A stretch of 64,000 bases of DNA from Eledone cirrhosa (taxonomy: Eukaryota), in assembly GCA_964016885.1 (NCBI GenBank), contig OZ024751.1:49972001-50036000 (forward strand), given 5' to 3'. Shown piece by piece: positions 31,108-42,800 of this stretch. The translations under genes and the position numbers were made by a program. The notes under the pieces are model-generated. The model ran no database searches, was not told where the DNA came from, and saw only the letters and a list, made by a program, of their open reading frames with translations. Position 1 is the stretch's first letter. Every line of letters begins with the position of its first letter.

Positions 31108-31625
31108 ACTAAAGGTGGAAAACTGGGAGAGGGCACTTGCCTTGGTGGTCAGGGTCATTGTGGCTTTTTACTGGGCTTTCTCCACAAATGTCCCTCCGAA
31201 GTCTCCCCCCTATTGGGGAATTTTTCATTGTTATTTTCATTGTTATTTTTGTTACATCCTCTATTTTTGTTTTTTTACACGCAGAAATGCCCATTTGTAC
31301 CGTCCTGCATTGTCCTGCACTGTCCTTAATGTCTACTTTATGTAAACCCTTGTGGTTAATAAAGAAATCATTATTATCATTATTATCATTATCATTATTA
31401 TTATTATTATTGAATGCCATGGTTGACGGAGGCTCGGCTCTGTAAGGTATAGTAATTTTTAACCGTTAAAACAATTGTAAATTGTTTAAAACTTGAACCA
31501 AATTGTTGATAAAGACACCCTCCTCCTCGTGAGAGGGGTCTTTCTGTCCGTTATTTGGCCCTTCGGGGTTAAATAACCAGTTATTGGGGTTTTGTACCCA
31601 ATATTCATTTTAAACAAAAAACAAC

Positions 31626-33722
31626 ATGGCTACGAAAAAGAAATTTCATACGTCACTCCCACTCATTCCGTCTTCTTCTTCCTCAATCATCACTACAGCA
31701 GAGAGAAGATTGTCTCTCTCCCTCCCTTCTTTAAATGTGTCTCTCTCCCTCCCTTCTCTTTCGCAAGCGACGAAAGAAAAGAAAAGTCTCGTGCAAAGCG
31801 TGCAAGGTTTCTCCACGACGACGACGACAGCGACGAAACAGGTGTGCGGGAAATACGAAAACCCAGTTCATTCGTCTGACGTCAGGAATAATAGCAGTAG
31901 CAGCCGTAATAACAACAGCAACAGTGACAATGAAAACAACAGTAGCAGCCGCAACAGCATCACCAGCAGCATAAACAACAACAGCATTAGCAGCAGCAAC
32001 ACCAACAACAACCACAGCAACAGCGGCGGAGGCAGTAGTCGTAGTACCTGCAGCAACAACAAAAGTACCAGCAGCTCTGACGACAACAACAACAGCAGAG
32101 AAAAACCAATCTCATTTGCAGGTATTGCGAAAAACCTGGAAACAATCCTCATAACAAATGAGGAATTAGAGGAAGCGAAGAAGATGGTGACAAAGAACGG
32201 ACACCGAGCAATCTGCAAGGCAGCGAAAAATTTTTTCGAAACCCAAGAGCACTGTACGGTCACGTACCGTACAGTAAGTACAAAATCCCGTAGGGTGGAA
32301 AGAGCCACAGAGGCCCAAATACAAAAAGCCTTGGGGTCTGTGTGGCAGAGGAAAACGCACATCACCCGAGGCAAAAAATACGCCACCGTAGACGTACTTT
32401 TTGCCACACCCCAGGAGGCAAAGGCCCAATCAGTAGTGACCCTAAGGAGCGAGGAAATGGTGTTGGTGCCCTCCTACTGCGGGCAAAAAATTGTGAGGGT
32501 CAAACTGACCCACGTCCCCCCCGAAATGACCCCTTCTTGGCTGGCCGCGTCTGTCCTCGTCGGAATCGAGGACAAAACAACTGTACTGCAAGTACAGAAA
32601 AAAGTAAGAGAAGATTGGGTCGGCTCCTCCATTGAGATGCTAATCCAAACCAACCAGGAGTGCATCGAAGCTATCCCGGATGTGATAGACTTCGATAACG
32701 GCACTCAACTGCCCATAAGTGTTGAGGGCAAACGCCCGAAATGCTTTCGCTGTGGATCGAAGACTCACCTCAGGGCCTTCTGCAACGAGAAGACCCTGAG
32801 AAAGGAGAAAACCCCCCTCCTCCCGAATCCGGTTCCACGGCTACCAGCAACAGGACAAGCGGCAACCAGGAACGATAGGTCCGTGGCACCCATACCCACT
32901 CCACGGAAATCAAAGACAGCAGCAGCAGTGGAAATATTAACAACAACAACAGCAATACCAAATGCAGCTGCAACAGAGACTCCAGTGCAAACATCACCAA
33001 CAACAACAAGTGAAAGAGTGGAGCTGGTACCCCTCCCCGACCTTACAGAATCAGACATGGAGTGTGAGGTGGGAGAGGGATGGCAAAAGGTCTCAAGAAG
33101 GCACAAACGCAGAAGCAGCGCATCGTCGCCTTTGAAAAGGGAGGAAAGAAATGAGAAAAGGGTAAAGTCTACTGCAAAGAGACCCACAGCAGCAACACCA
33201 CCAACACCATCACCACCCACACCAGCACCACCATCACCACCGGCGACAACCCCACCGCCAACAACACCTTCAACACCACCACCACAAGCACCAACATCGC
33301 AAACACAACAACAAAACACACACACCCAGCAACAACGACAAGAAAATAGCAGAACCACACCCCACCCCCAGAAAAACAAATGCACGGCAATAAACACACA
33401 CAACAAGAAACTAATGACTTACATAATTGAACACACAGACATTTCACAACAGGACTACATAATACCAGCACCAATCAAAACGCCAACTAACATAAGACTG
33501 CTAAAAATAGCACAGAAACAATACACAAACATTAAAACGAAATTCCCCAACGCAGTTGGTGATTTCAGGGACCTAGGAGGAACCATTAATCGAAGAGTAT
33601 ATTCAGACATTCTCTTAGAAGAGCCGACGACCAGCCGAAGGGACGATTCAACGGTCCCTTCACCAGACGATCAAGTGAAAAGGGATGTAAAAACCATCCC
33701 TCCTCTACCAAAAATACGGTAA
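31626..33722 (+). CDS. ORF1p (698 aa)
   Basis: As copy 1. Confidence 0.9.
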   Translation: MATKKKFHTSLPLIPSSSSSIITTAERRLSLSLPSLNVSLSLPSLSQATKEKKSLVQSVQGFSTTTTTATKQVCGKYENPVHSSDVRNNSSSSRNNNSNSDNENNSSSRNSITSSINNNSISSSNTNNNHSNSGGGSSRSTCSNNKSTSSSDDNNNSREKPISFAGIAKNLETILITNEELEEAKKMVTKNGHRAICKAAKNFFETQEHCTVTYRTVSTKSRRVERATEAQIQKALGSVWQRKTHITRGKKYATVDVLFATPQEAKAQSVVTLRSEEMVLVPSYCGQKIVRVKLTHVPPEMTPSWLAASVLVGIEDKTTVLQVQKKVREDWVGSSIEMLIQTNQECIEAIPDVIDFDNGTQLPISVEGKRPKCFRCGSKTHLRAFCNEKTLRKEKTPLLPNPVPRLPATGQAATRNDRSVAPIPTPRKSKTAAAVEILTTTTAIPNAAATETPVQTSPTTTSERVELVPLPDLTESDMECEVGEGWQKVSRRHKRRSSASSPLKREERNEKRVKSTAKRPTAATPPTPSPPTPAPPSPPATTPPPTTPSTPPPQAPTSQTQQQNTHTQQQRQENSRTTPHPQKNKCTAINTHNKKLMTYIIEHTDISQQDYIIPAPIKTPTNIRLLKIAQKQYTNIKTKFPNAVGDFRDLGGTINRRVYSDILLEEPTTSRRDDSTVPSPDDQVKRDVKTIPPLPKIR

Positions 33723-33757
33723 GTGGTCTTTCCCATCTTTTCCACTCTATTTTAAAC

Positions 33758-36700
33758 ATGACCTCACTCAGAATAGGCAGCATAAATGCGCGTGGCTTGG
33801 GGTCGTCATGGAAGCAGGGTCACCTGCTCAACGACCTCAGGTCACTAAACATAGATGTAGTGGCCATCAGCGAGACCAGAATCTCCGAAGCACGGGCCTT
33901 CGCACCGATCTTCGGCGGCTACGATGTGTACGCATCTCCCAGCCGTCCTGGATCGGGTGGAGGAGTTGCTGTGCTTTTTCGGAGAGGTTTGGATCTCGCC
34001 ATACGGGCCATCTTCCTGGACCCAGAGGGTAAGCTGGTGGTGCTGGACGTGACCAGCGGAGACGGGCAAGCTTTCAGGCTAGTGGCCGTCTATGCCCCGA
34101 CAGGAGCAGGGCGGCCTGATTTCTTCCGGCGTCTGGAGACCTTTCTTGGAACGTCGCGCTCTTTAGTGTTAGTGGGCGACTGGAACGGGATCTTAGATGC
34201 ACGCTGGGACTGTGTGGGATTAGCGGATAGGGGTGGAGGGTGCAAGAGCCTCACCAACCTGCTCAGGCGTTTTGAACTGTCTGACAGGTACCGATTGGAT
34301 TTCCCGAATGTGCCAATGTGGACTTGGACAAACCGCATAGGGTCATCCAGATCATATCTAGATAGAGTATTTTGTAGGGAAATAGATAGGTCTAGCATAG
34401 GCTGTCCACAATTCAAGATAGTCAGCTACACGGACCACAAATTCGTGATCTGTGTGCTTGACTTAGATAGGCTTCATAGACGAGGACCCGGCTACTGGAA
34501 GCTAAACGCGTCCTTACCAGCGCGCAAGGCCTACAGAGACCGGATTAGCGAACTAGTTAAGCGGGCGTTGACGGGGGCCATCGTCAACAACAAGTGGTGG
34601 TTTGCTCTGAAAAGAGCGATTAGAATAGAATCGATTAGGTTTAGTAAGGCTTTAGCAATAGAGAAAAATAGAGCAGAGGGAGAACTAGTTAGAAAATTAG
34701 ACGAGGCGCTTAGCAAAGGCATTGCGACCGACGTGCTTGCGGCGAAATTGGCCCTTGACCAATTCTTCAATGCAAAGCACGAAGGCTGCGTTGTCAGGGC
34801 TAGGGTGCGTGCTCTCAGACACGAGGGGACGAAAGCCGTTCAATGGGCCCGAGTGGCGGAGGCGCGTCGTGGCAACAAAGCCACGATCCGGTCTTTGGTG
34901 GACCACGACGGGCGCATGCTACTCGATCCCGGGCAAATGTGTGAAGCTTTTCAGCGACACTTCGCTCAGCTGTTCGGGGGCAGCGGGGGGCCGGGTAGAG
35001 GGATGGACTTTAGTGTCTACCTCGACGGACTGCCGCGGCTCTCGGCCACTGAGGCGAAGTGTTGCGAAAAGCCGATAACAGCCGCTGAAGTAAGGGAGGC
35101 AATGACTGGCTGCACAAGGGGTAAATCGCCTGGTTTGGATGGTCTGCCCTATGAACTTTACGTACAGATGCCAGACTTGTTCGGAGGCCTCTTGGCGGAC
35201 GTCTACTGCAACTGGCAACAGAACGGGAGAATTCCCAGTTCTGTGAGCCGAGGAGCGGTGGCACTGCTGAGAAAGGATCCGAACAAGGGGGATAACATAG
35301 ACAATTTCCGGCCCATAACTCTGCTAAACACAGAGTTTAAGATTTTGGCCAAGGTGCTAGCAAAGAGGTTGGCGCTTGTCGTTGGTGGTCTGGTGGGAGA
35401 GGCGCAGACATGCGCCATTCCCGACAGATCCATCCACGACAACCTCCACCTCATGCGATACATCGTAGAGAGGGTAGCTAGGGAACCTGGCACGGGTGGG
35501 TCCTTGATCAATTTAGATCAGTCGAAAGCTTTCGATAGGGTCGACCATCGTTACCTAGCGGCAGTCCTGAGGGCGGCTGGCTTTGGGCCCGTCTTCAGAG
35601 GCTGGATCGCTGCCATGCACAGCGACATCTGCTCTGTGGTGAGAGTGAACGGTCACCTGTCGGAACCGTTCAACATCATGCGCTCGGTCCGCCAAGGATG
35701 TCCCCTCTCGTCCCTCTTGTACGTATTGACTCTCGAGCCATTACTGCACAAACTGGAGACGTTGAGGGGAGTCCCGCGCGAACTAGGATGCGGAAGATCC
35801 GTGTCAGCATATGCGGACGATGTCACCGTAGTGGTGTCGAACGCCAAACACATCGAGGCGATCGGCACTACACTAAGAGAATACGAAGCGGTGACAGGAG
35901 CAATGATCAACCAGGAAAAGTCAGTGGGCCTGCAGCTCGGCACCTGGAGAGGCAGGTCCATGCCGTCCAACAGCGTCGTCGGGCGCTGGACGGACGGACC
36001 GGTTAAATTGCTAGGGGTCTGGTTCGGTCCGGACCTCCAGACGGACAAAAACTGGGACGAGGTGACGAGCAGGGTGGCTTCTCTCACCCAGAAATGGGCG
36101 GAGAGGAAGCTATCCCTGAAAGGTCGAGCGGAGGTGGCTAACGCGTACATCGCGTCTGTCATCTGCTACCGCCTAACCGTCGTACCTTGTCCTAAGCCTC
36201 GCCTGACTGCGCTGGAGCGTTTGCTCTTTCGCTTTTTGTGGAAGGGACGTGCTCCGATGGTCAGGCGGTCCATCTGTTGTCAACACCCGCTACGTGGAGG
36301 GCTGGGCATGCCGTGGCTGATGATGCGCAGGCACGCGCTCAGGCTACGACATCTCCACCTCTTCCTCGACGGTGATCAGGTGTGGTCGCCGTTTGCTAGA
36401 CGCGTTTTTCCCCAGCTCGTTTCCTTGACGGAGCTGCAGTCCTGGGTCAAGCGAAGACCGAGAGGGAGCGCCTGGAGACTGGAATGTCTTCAGGCGCTCA
36501 CAGCCCTCGACCAATCGGGCAATGTGATCGGTGGAAACTCCACCTCGGCGTTCTATAGAGGATTAGTGGAGGGGAAGAGCGACGACGTACTTGGGGAAAC
36601 TCTAGGCGTCGACGAAAATCAACTAGCCAATCTCTTCGGAAGAACCTTCGGGCCAGGGCCTATGGACAACTTCCAGAAATCTCTGGCCTGGCAGTGCTAC

Positions 36701-37177
36701 CGAGGAGCCTTGCCAGTTCGGGATAAACTCTACAGGCATGGAGGTGCCGTCAGCCGGGCATGTCCGAGATGCGCGCAGGGCGACGAAACCGTCCTGCACG
36801 CACTCGTCCAGTGTCCGAAAATTGCTGACTTGTGGGTTTATGTCGAACACCTGCTGTCGCGTTTAGGACGGATCCAGCTATCATCTGAGTCTATCGTGAG
36901 GATTGCCCCGCCCTCCTCCTTTAGCCGGGAAGGGCAGGCAGTTTTTATCTGTCTGGTGGCCATGGCGAAAGAGATAGTATGGTGGACACGTTTGAAAGGG
37001 CTGAAGACGAGCACTTACCTCTTCGGTGATGCTCTGATTGACTTTTTCAAATTTCATTTGAAAAGGAAAATCAGAGTAGAGAAGGAAGTGCTCTCTTCCC
37101 AGCATTTTGTTGAAAGATGGGTGAGAGAAGCAAGAATGGCCCGAGTGAATGGGCCGACTCTGAGTATATATCTGTAA
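33758..37177 (+). CDS. ORF2p APE-RT (1139 aa)
   Basis: Motifs intact. Confidence 0.97.
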   Translation: MTSLRIGSINARGLGSSWKQGHLLNDLRSLNIDVVAISETRISEARAFAPIFGGYDVYASPSRPGSGGGVAVLFRRGLDLAIRAIFLDPEGKLVVLDVTSGDGQAFRLVAVYAPTGAGRPDFFRRLETFLGTSRSLVLVGDWNGILDARWDCVGLADRGGGCKSLTNLLRRFELSDRYRLDFPNVPMWTWTNRIGSSRSYLDRVFCREIDRSSIGCPQFKIVSYTDHKFVICVLDLDRLHRRGPGYWKLNASLPARKAYRDRISELVKRALTGAIVNNKWWFALKRAIRIESIRFSKALAIEKNRAEGELVRKLDEALSKGIATDVLAAKLALDQFFNAKHEGCVVRARVRALRHEGTKAVQWARVAEARRGNKATIRSLVDHDGRMLLDPGQMCEAFQRHFAQLFGGSGGPGRGMDFSVYLDGLPRLSATEAKCCEKPITAAEVREAMTGCTRGKSPGLDGLPYELYVQMPDLFGGLLADVYCNWQQNGRIPSSVSRGAVALLRKDPNKGDNIDNFRPITLLNTEFKILAKVLAKRLALVVGGLVGEAQTCAIPDRSIHDNLHLMRYIVERVAREPGTGGSLINLDQSKAFDRVDHRYLAAVLRAAGFGPVFRGWIAAMHSDICSVVRVNGHLSEPFNIMRSVRQGCPLSSLLYVLTLEPLLHKLETLRGVPRELGCGRSVSAYADDVTVVVSNAKHIEAIGTTLREYEAVTGAMINQEKSVGLQLGTWRGRSMPSNSVVGRWTDGPVKLLGVWFGPDLQTDKNWDEVTSRVASLTQKWAERKLSLKGRAEVANAYIASVICYRLTVVPCPKPRLTALERLLFRFLWKGRAPMVRRSICCQHPLRGGLGMPWLMMRRHALRLRHLHLFLDGDQVWSPFARRVFPQLVSLTELQSWVKRRPRGSAWRLECLQALTALDQSGNVIGGNSTSAFYRGLVEGKSDDVLGETLGVDENQLANLFGRTFGPGPMDNFQKSLAWQCYRGALPVRDKLYRHGGAVSRACPRCAQGDETVLHALVQCPKIADLWVYVEHLLSRLGRIQLSSESIVRIAPPSSFSREGQAVFICLVAMAKEIVWWTRLKGLKTSTYLFGDALIDFFKFHLKRKIRVEKEVLSSQHFVERWVREARMARVNGPTLSIYL

Positions 37178-37690
37178 ACTAAAGGTGGAAAACTGGGAGA
37201 GGGCACTTGCCTTGGTGGTCAGGGTCATTGTGGCTTTTTACTGGGCTTTCTCCACAAATGTCCCTCCGAAGTCTCCCCCCTATTGGGGAATTTTTCATTG
37301 TTATTTTCATTGTTATTTTTGTTACATCCTCTATTTTTGTTTTTTTTACACGCAGAAATGCCCATTTGTACCGTCCTGCATTGTCCTGCACTGTCCTTAA
37401 TGTCTACTTTATGTAAACCCTTGTGGTTAATAAAGAAATCATCATTATTATCATTATCATTATTATTATTATTATTGAATGCCATGGTTGACGGAGGCTC
37501 GGCTCTGTAAGGTATAGTAATTTTTAACCGTTAAAACAATTGTAAATTGTTTAAAACTTGAACCAAATTGTTGATAAAGACACCCTCCTCCTCGTGAGAG
37601 GGGTCTTTCTGTCCGTTATTTGGCCCTTCGGGGTTAAATAACCAGTTATTGGGGTTTTGTACCCAATATTCATTTTAAACAAAAAACAAC

Positions 37691-39787
37691 ATGGCTACGA
37701 AAAAGAAATTTCATACGTCACTCCCACTCATTCCGTCTTCTTCTTCCTCAATCATCACTACAGCAGAGAGAAGATTGTCTCTCTCCCTCCCTTCTTTAAA
37801 TGTGTCTCTCTCCCTCCCTTCTCTTTCGCAAGCGACGAAAGAAAAGAAAAGTCTCGTGCAAAGCGTGCAAGGTTTCTCCACGACGACGACGACAGCGACG
37901 AAACAGGTGTGCGGGAAATACGAAAACCCAGTTCATTCGTCTGACGTCAGGAATAATAGCAGTAGCAGCCGTAATAACAACAGCAACAGTGACAATGAAA
38001 ACAACAGTAGCAGCCGCAACAGCATCACCAGCAGCATAAACAACAACAGCATTAGCAGCAGCAACACCAACAACAACCACAGCAACAGCGGCGGAGGCAG
38101 TAGTCGTAGTACCTGCAGCAACAACAAAAGTACCAGCAGCTCTGACGACAACAACAACAGCAGAGAAAAACCAATCTCATTTGCAGGTATTGCGAAAAAC
38201 TTGGAAACAATCCTCATAACAAATGAGGAATTAGAGGAAGCGAAGAAGATGGTGACAAAGAACGGACACCGAGCAATCTGCAAGGCAGCGAAAAATTTTT
38301 TCGAAACCCAAGAGCACTGTACGGTCACGTACCGTACAGTAAGTACAAAATCCCGTAGGGTGGAAAGAGCCACAGAGGCCCAAATACAAAAAGCCTTGGG
38401 GTCTGTGTGGCAGAGGAAAACGCACATCACCCGAGGCAAAAAATACGCCACCGTAGACGTACTTTTTGCCACACCCCAGGAGGCAAAGGCCCAATCAGTA
38501 GTGACCCTAAGGAGCGAGGAAATGGTGTTGGTGCCCTCCTACTGCGGGCAAAAAATTGTGAGGGTCAAACTGACCCACGTCCCCCCCGAAATGACCCCTT
38601 CTTGGCTGGCCGCGTCTGTCCTCGTCGGAATCGAGGACAAAACAACTGTACTGCAAGTACAGAAAAAAGTAAGAGAAGATTGGGTCGGCTCCTCCATTGA
38701 GATGCTAATCCAAACCAACCAGGAGTGCATCGAAGCTATCCCGGATGTGATAGACTTCGATAACGGCACTCAACTGCCCATAAGTGTTGAGGGCAAACGC
38801 CCGAAATGCTTTCGCTGTGGATCGAAGACTCACCTCAGGGCCTTCTGCAACGAGAAGACCCTGAGAAAGGAGAAAACCCCCCTCCTCCCGAATCCGGTTC
38901 CACGGCTACCAGCAACAGGACAAGCGGCAACCAGGAACGATAGGTCCGTGGCACCCATACCCACTCCACGGAAATCAAAGACAGCAGCAGCAGTGGAAAT
39001 ATTAACAACAACAACAGCAATACCAAATGCAGCTGCAACAGAGACTCCAGTGCAAACATCACCAACAACAACAAGTGAAAGAGTGGAGCTGGTACCCCTC
39101 CCCGACCTTACAGAATCAGACATGGAGTGTGAGGTGGGAGAGGGATGGCAAAAGGTCTCAAGAAGGCACAAACGCAGAAGCAGCGCATCGTCGCCTTTGA
39201 AAAGGGAGGAAAGAAATGAGAAAAGGGTAAAGTCTACTGCAAAGAGACCCACAGCAGCAACACCACCAACACCATCACCACCCACACCAGCACCACCATC
39301 ACCACCGGCGACAACCCCACCGCCAACAACACCTTCAACACCACCACCACAAGCACCAACATCGCAAACACAACAACAAAACACACACACCCAGCAACAA
39401 CGACAAGAAAATAGCAGAACCACACCCCACCCCCAGAAAAACAAATGCACGGCAATAAACACACACAACAAGAAACTAATGACTTACATAATTGAACACA
39501 CAGACATTTCACAACAGGACTACATAATACCAGCACCAATCAAAACGCCAACTAACATAAGACTGCTAAAAATAGCACAGAAACAATACACAAACATTAA
39601 AACGAAATTCCCCAACGCAGTTGGTGATTTCAGGGACCTAGGAGGAACCATTAATCGAAGAGTATATTCAGACATTCTCTTAGAAGAGCCGACGACCAGC
39701 CGAAGGGACGATTCAACGGTCCCTTCACCAGACGATCAAGTGAAAAGGGATGTAAAAACCATCCCTCCTCTACCAAAAATACGGTAA
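37691..39787 (+). CDS. ORF1p (698 aa)
   Basis: As copy 1. Confidence 0.9.
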   Translation: MATKKKFHTSLPLIPSSSSSIITTAERRLSLSLPSLNVSLSLPSLSQATKEKKSLVQSVQGFSTTTTTATKQVCGKYENPVHSSDVRNNSSSSRNNNSNSDNENNSSSRNSITSSINNNSISSSNTNNNHSNSGGGSSRSTCSNNKSTSSSDDNNNSREKPISFAGIAKNLETILITNEELEEAKKMVTKNGHRAICKAAKNFFETQEHCTVTYRTVSTKSRRVERATEAQIQKALGSVWQRKTHITRGKKYATVDVLFATPQEAKAQSVVTLRSEEMVLVPSYCGQKIVRVKLTHVPPEMTPSWLAASVLVGIEDKTTVLQVQKKVREDWVGSSIEMLIQTNQECIEAIPDVIDFDNGTQLPISVEGKRPKCFRCGSKTHLRAFCNEKTLRKEKTPLLPNPVPRLPATGQAATRNDRSVAPIPTPRKSKTAAAVEILTTTTAIPNAAATETPVQTSPTTTSERVELVPLPDLTESDMECEVGEGWQKVSRRHKRRSSASSPLKREERNEKRVKSTAKRPTAATPPTPSPPTPAPPSPPATTPPPTTPSTPPPQAPTSQTQQQNTHTQQQRQENSRTTPHPQKNKCTAINTHNKKLMTYIIEHTDISQQDYIIPAPIKTPTNIRLLKIAQKQYTNIKTKFPNAVGDFRDLGGTINRRVYSDILLEEPTTSRRDDSTVPSPDDQVKRDVKTIPPLPKIR

Positions 39788-39822
39788 GTGGTCTTTCCCA
39801 TCTTTTCCACTCTATTTTAAAC

Positions 39823-42800
39823 ATGACCTCACTCAGAATAGGCAGCATAAATGCGCGTGGCTTGGGGTCGTCATGGAAGCAGGGTCACCTGCTCAACGAC
39901 CTCAGGTCACTAAACATAGATGTAGTGGCCATCAGCGAGACCAGAATCTCCGAAGCACGGGCCTTCGCACCGATCTTCGGCGGCTACGATGTGTACGCAT
40001 CTCCCAGCCGTCCTGGATCGGGTGGAGGAGTTGCTGTGCTTTTTCGGAGAGGTTTGGATCTCGCCATACGGGCCATCTTCCTGGACCCAGAGGGTAAGCT
40101 GGTGGTGCTGGACGTGACCAGCGGAGACGGGCAAGCTTTCAGGCTAGTGGCCGTCTATGCCCCGACAGGAGCAGGGCGGCCTGATTTCTTCCGGCGTCTG
40201 GAGACCTTTCTTGGAACGTCGCGCTCTTTAGTGTTAGTGGGCGACTGGAACGGGATCTTAGATGCACGCTGGGACTGTGTGGGATTAGCGGATAGGGGTG
40301 GAGGGTGCAAGAGCCTCACCAACCTGCTCAGGCGTTTTGAACTGTCTGACAGGTACCGATTGGATTTCCCGAATGTGCCAATGTGGACTTGGACAAACCG
40401 CATAGGGTCATCCAGATCATATCTAGATAGAGTATTTTGTAGGGAAATAGATAGGTCTAGCATAGGCTGTCCACAATTCAAGATAGTCAGCTACACGGAC
40501 CACAAATTCGTGATCTGTGTGCTTGACTTAGATAGGCTTCATAGACGAGGACCCGGCTACTGGAAGCTAAACGCGTCCTTACCAGCGCGCAAGGCCTACA
40601 GAGACCGGATTAGCGAACTAGTTAAGCGGGCGTTGACGGGGGCCATCGTCAACAACAAGTGGTGGTTTGCTCTGAAAAGAGCGATTAGAATAGAATCGAT
40701 TAGGTTTAGTAAGGCTTTAGCAATAGAGAAAAATAGAGCAGAGGGAGAACTAGTTAGAAAATTAGACGAGGCGCTTAGCAAAGGCATTGCGACCGACGTG
40801 CTTGCGGCGAAATTGGCCCTTGACCAATTCTTCAATGCAAAGCACGAAGGCTGCGTTGTCAGAGCTAGGGTGCGTGCTCTCAGACACGAGGGGACGAAAG
40901 CCGTTCAATGGGCCCGAGTGGCGGAGGCGCGTCGTGGCAACAAAGCCACGATCCGGTCTTTGGTGGACCACGACGGGCGCATGCTACTCGATCCCGGGCA
41001 AATGTGTGAAGCTTTTCAGCGACACTTCGCTCAGCTGTTCGGGGGCAGCGGGGGGCCGGGTAGAGGGATGGACTTTAGTGTCTACCTCGACGGACTGCCG
41101 CGGCTCTCGGCCACTGAGGCGAAGTGTTGCGAAAAGCCGATAACAGCCGCTGAAGTAAGGGAGGCAATGACTGGCTGCACAAGGGGTAAATCGCCTGGTT
41201 TGGATGGTCTGCCCTATGAACTTTACGTACAGATGCCAGACTTGTTCGGAGGCCTCTTGGCGGACGTCTACTGCAACTGGCAACAGAACGGGAGAATTCC
41301 CAGTTCTGTGAGCCGAGGAGCGGTGGCACTGCTGAGAAAGGATCCGAACAAGGGGGATAACATAGACAATTTCCGGCCCATAACTCTGCTAAACACAGAG
41401 TTTAAGATTTTGGCCAAGGTGCTAGCAAAGAGGTTGGCGCTTGTCGTTGGTGGTCTGGTGGGAGAGGCGCAGACATGCGCCATTCCCGACAGATCCATCC
41501 ACGACAACCTCCACCTCATGCGATACATCGTAGAGAGGGTAGCTAGGGAACCTGGCACGGGTGGGTCCTTGATCAATTTAGATCAGTCGAAAGCTTTCGA
41601 TAGGGTCGACCATCGTTACCTAGCGGCAGTCCTGAGGGCGGCTGGCTTTGGGCCCGTCTTCAGAGGCTGGATCGCTGCCATGCACAGCGACATCTGCTCT
41701 GTGGTGAGAGTGAACGGTCACCTGTCGGAACCGTTCAACATCATGCGCTCGGTCCGCCAAGGATGTCCCCTCTCGTCCCTCTTGTACGTATTGACTCTCG
41801 AGCCATTACTGCACAAACTGGAGACGTTGAGGGGAGTCCCGCGCGAACTAGGATGCGGAAGATCCGTGTCAGCATATGCGGACGATGTCACCGTAGTGGT
41901 GTCGAACGCCAAACACATCGAGGCGATCGGCACTACACTAAGAGAATACGAAGCGGTGACAGGAGCAATGATCAACCAGGAAAAGTCAGTGGGCCTGCAG
42001 CTCGGCACCTGGAGAGGCAGGTCCATGCCGTCCAACAGCGTCGTCGGGCGCTGGACGGACGGACCGGTTAAATTGCTAGGGGTCTGGTTCGGTCCGGACC
42101 TCCAGACGGACAAAAACTGGGACGAGGTGACGAGCAGGGTGGCTTCTCTCACCCAGAAATGGGCGGAGAGGAAGCTATCCCTGAAAGGTCGAGCGGAGGT
42201 GGCTAACGCGTACATCGCGTCTGTCATCTGCTACCGCCTAACCGTCGTACCTTGTCCTAAGCCTCGCCTGACTGCGCTGGAGCGTTTGCTCTTTCGCTTT
42301 TTGTGGAAGGGACGTGCTCCGATGGTCAGGCGGTCCATCTGTTGTCAACACCCGCTACGTGGAGGGCTGGGCATGCCGTGGCTGATGATGCGCAGGCACG
42401 CGCTCAGGCTACGACATCTCCACCTCTTCCTCGACGGTGATCAGGTGTGGTCGCCGTTTGCTAGACGCGTTTTTCCCCAGCTCGTTTCCTTGACGGAGCT
42501 GCAGTCCTGGGTCAAGCGAAGACCGAGAGGGAGCGCCTGGAGACTGGAATGTCTTCAGGCGCTCACAGCCCTCGACCAATCGGGCAATGTGATCGGTGGA
42601 AACTCCACCTCGGCGTTCTATAGAGGATTAGTGGAGGGGAAGAGCGACGACGTACTTGGGGAAACTCTAGGCGTCGACGAAAATCAACTAGCCAATCTCT
42701 TCGGAAGAACCTTCGGGCCAGGGCCTATGGACAACTTCCAGAAATCTCTGGCCTGGCAGTGCTACCGAGGAGCCTTGCCAGTTCGGGATAAACTCTACAG

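Larger units (their letters stand above)
25348..31367 (+). mobile_element. Tx1-like element, copy 5 (intact; 6-bp ORF1 deletion shared with copy 2)
   Basis: Same architecture. Confidence 0.93.
31412..37438 (+). mobile_element. Tx1-like element, copy 6 (intact)
   Basis: Same architecture. Confidence 0.93.
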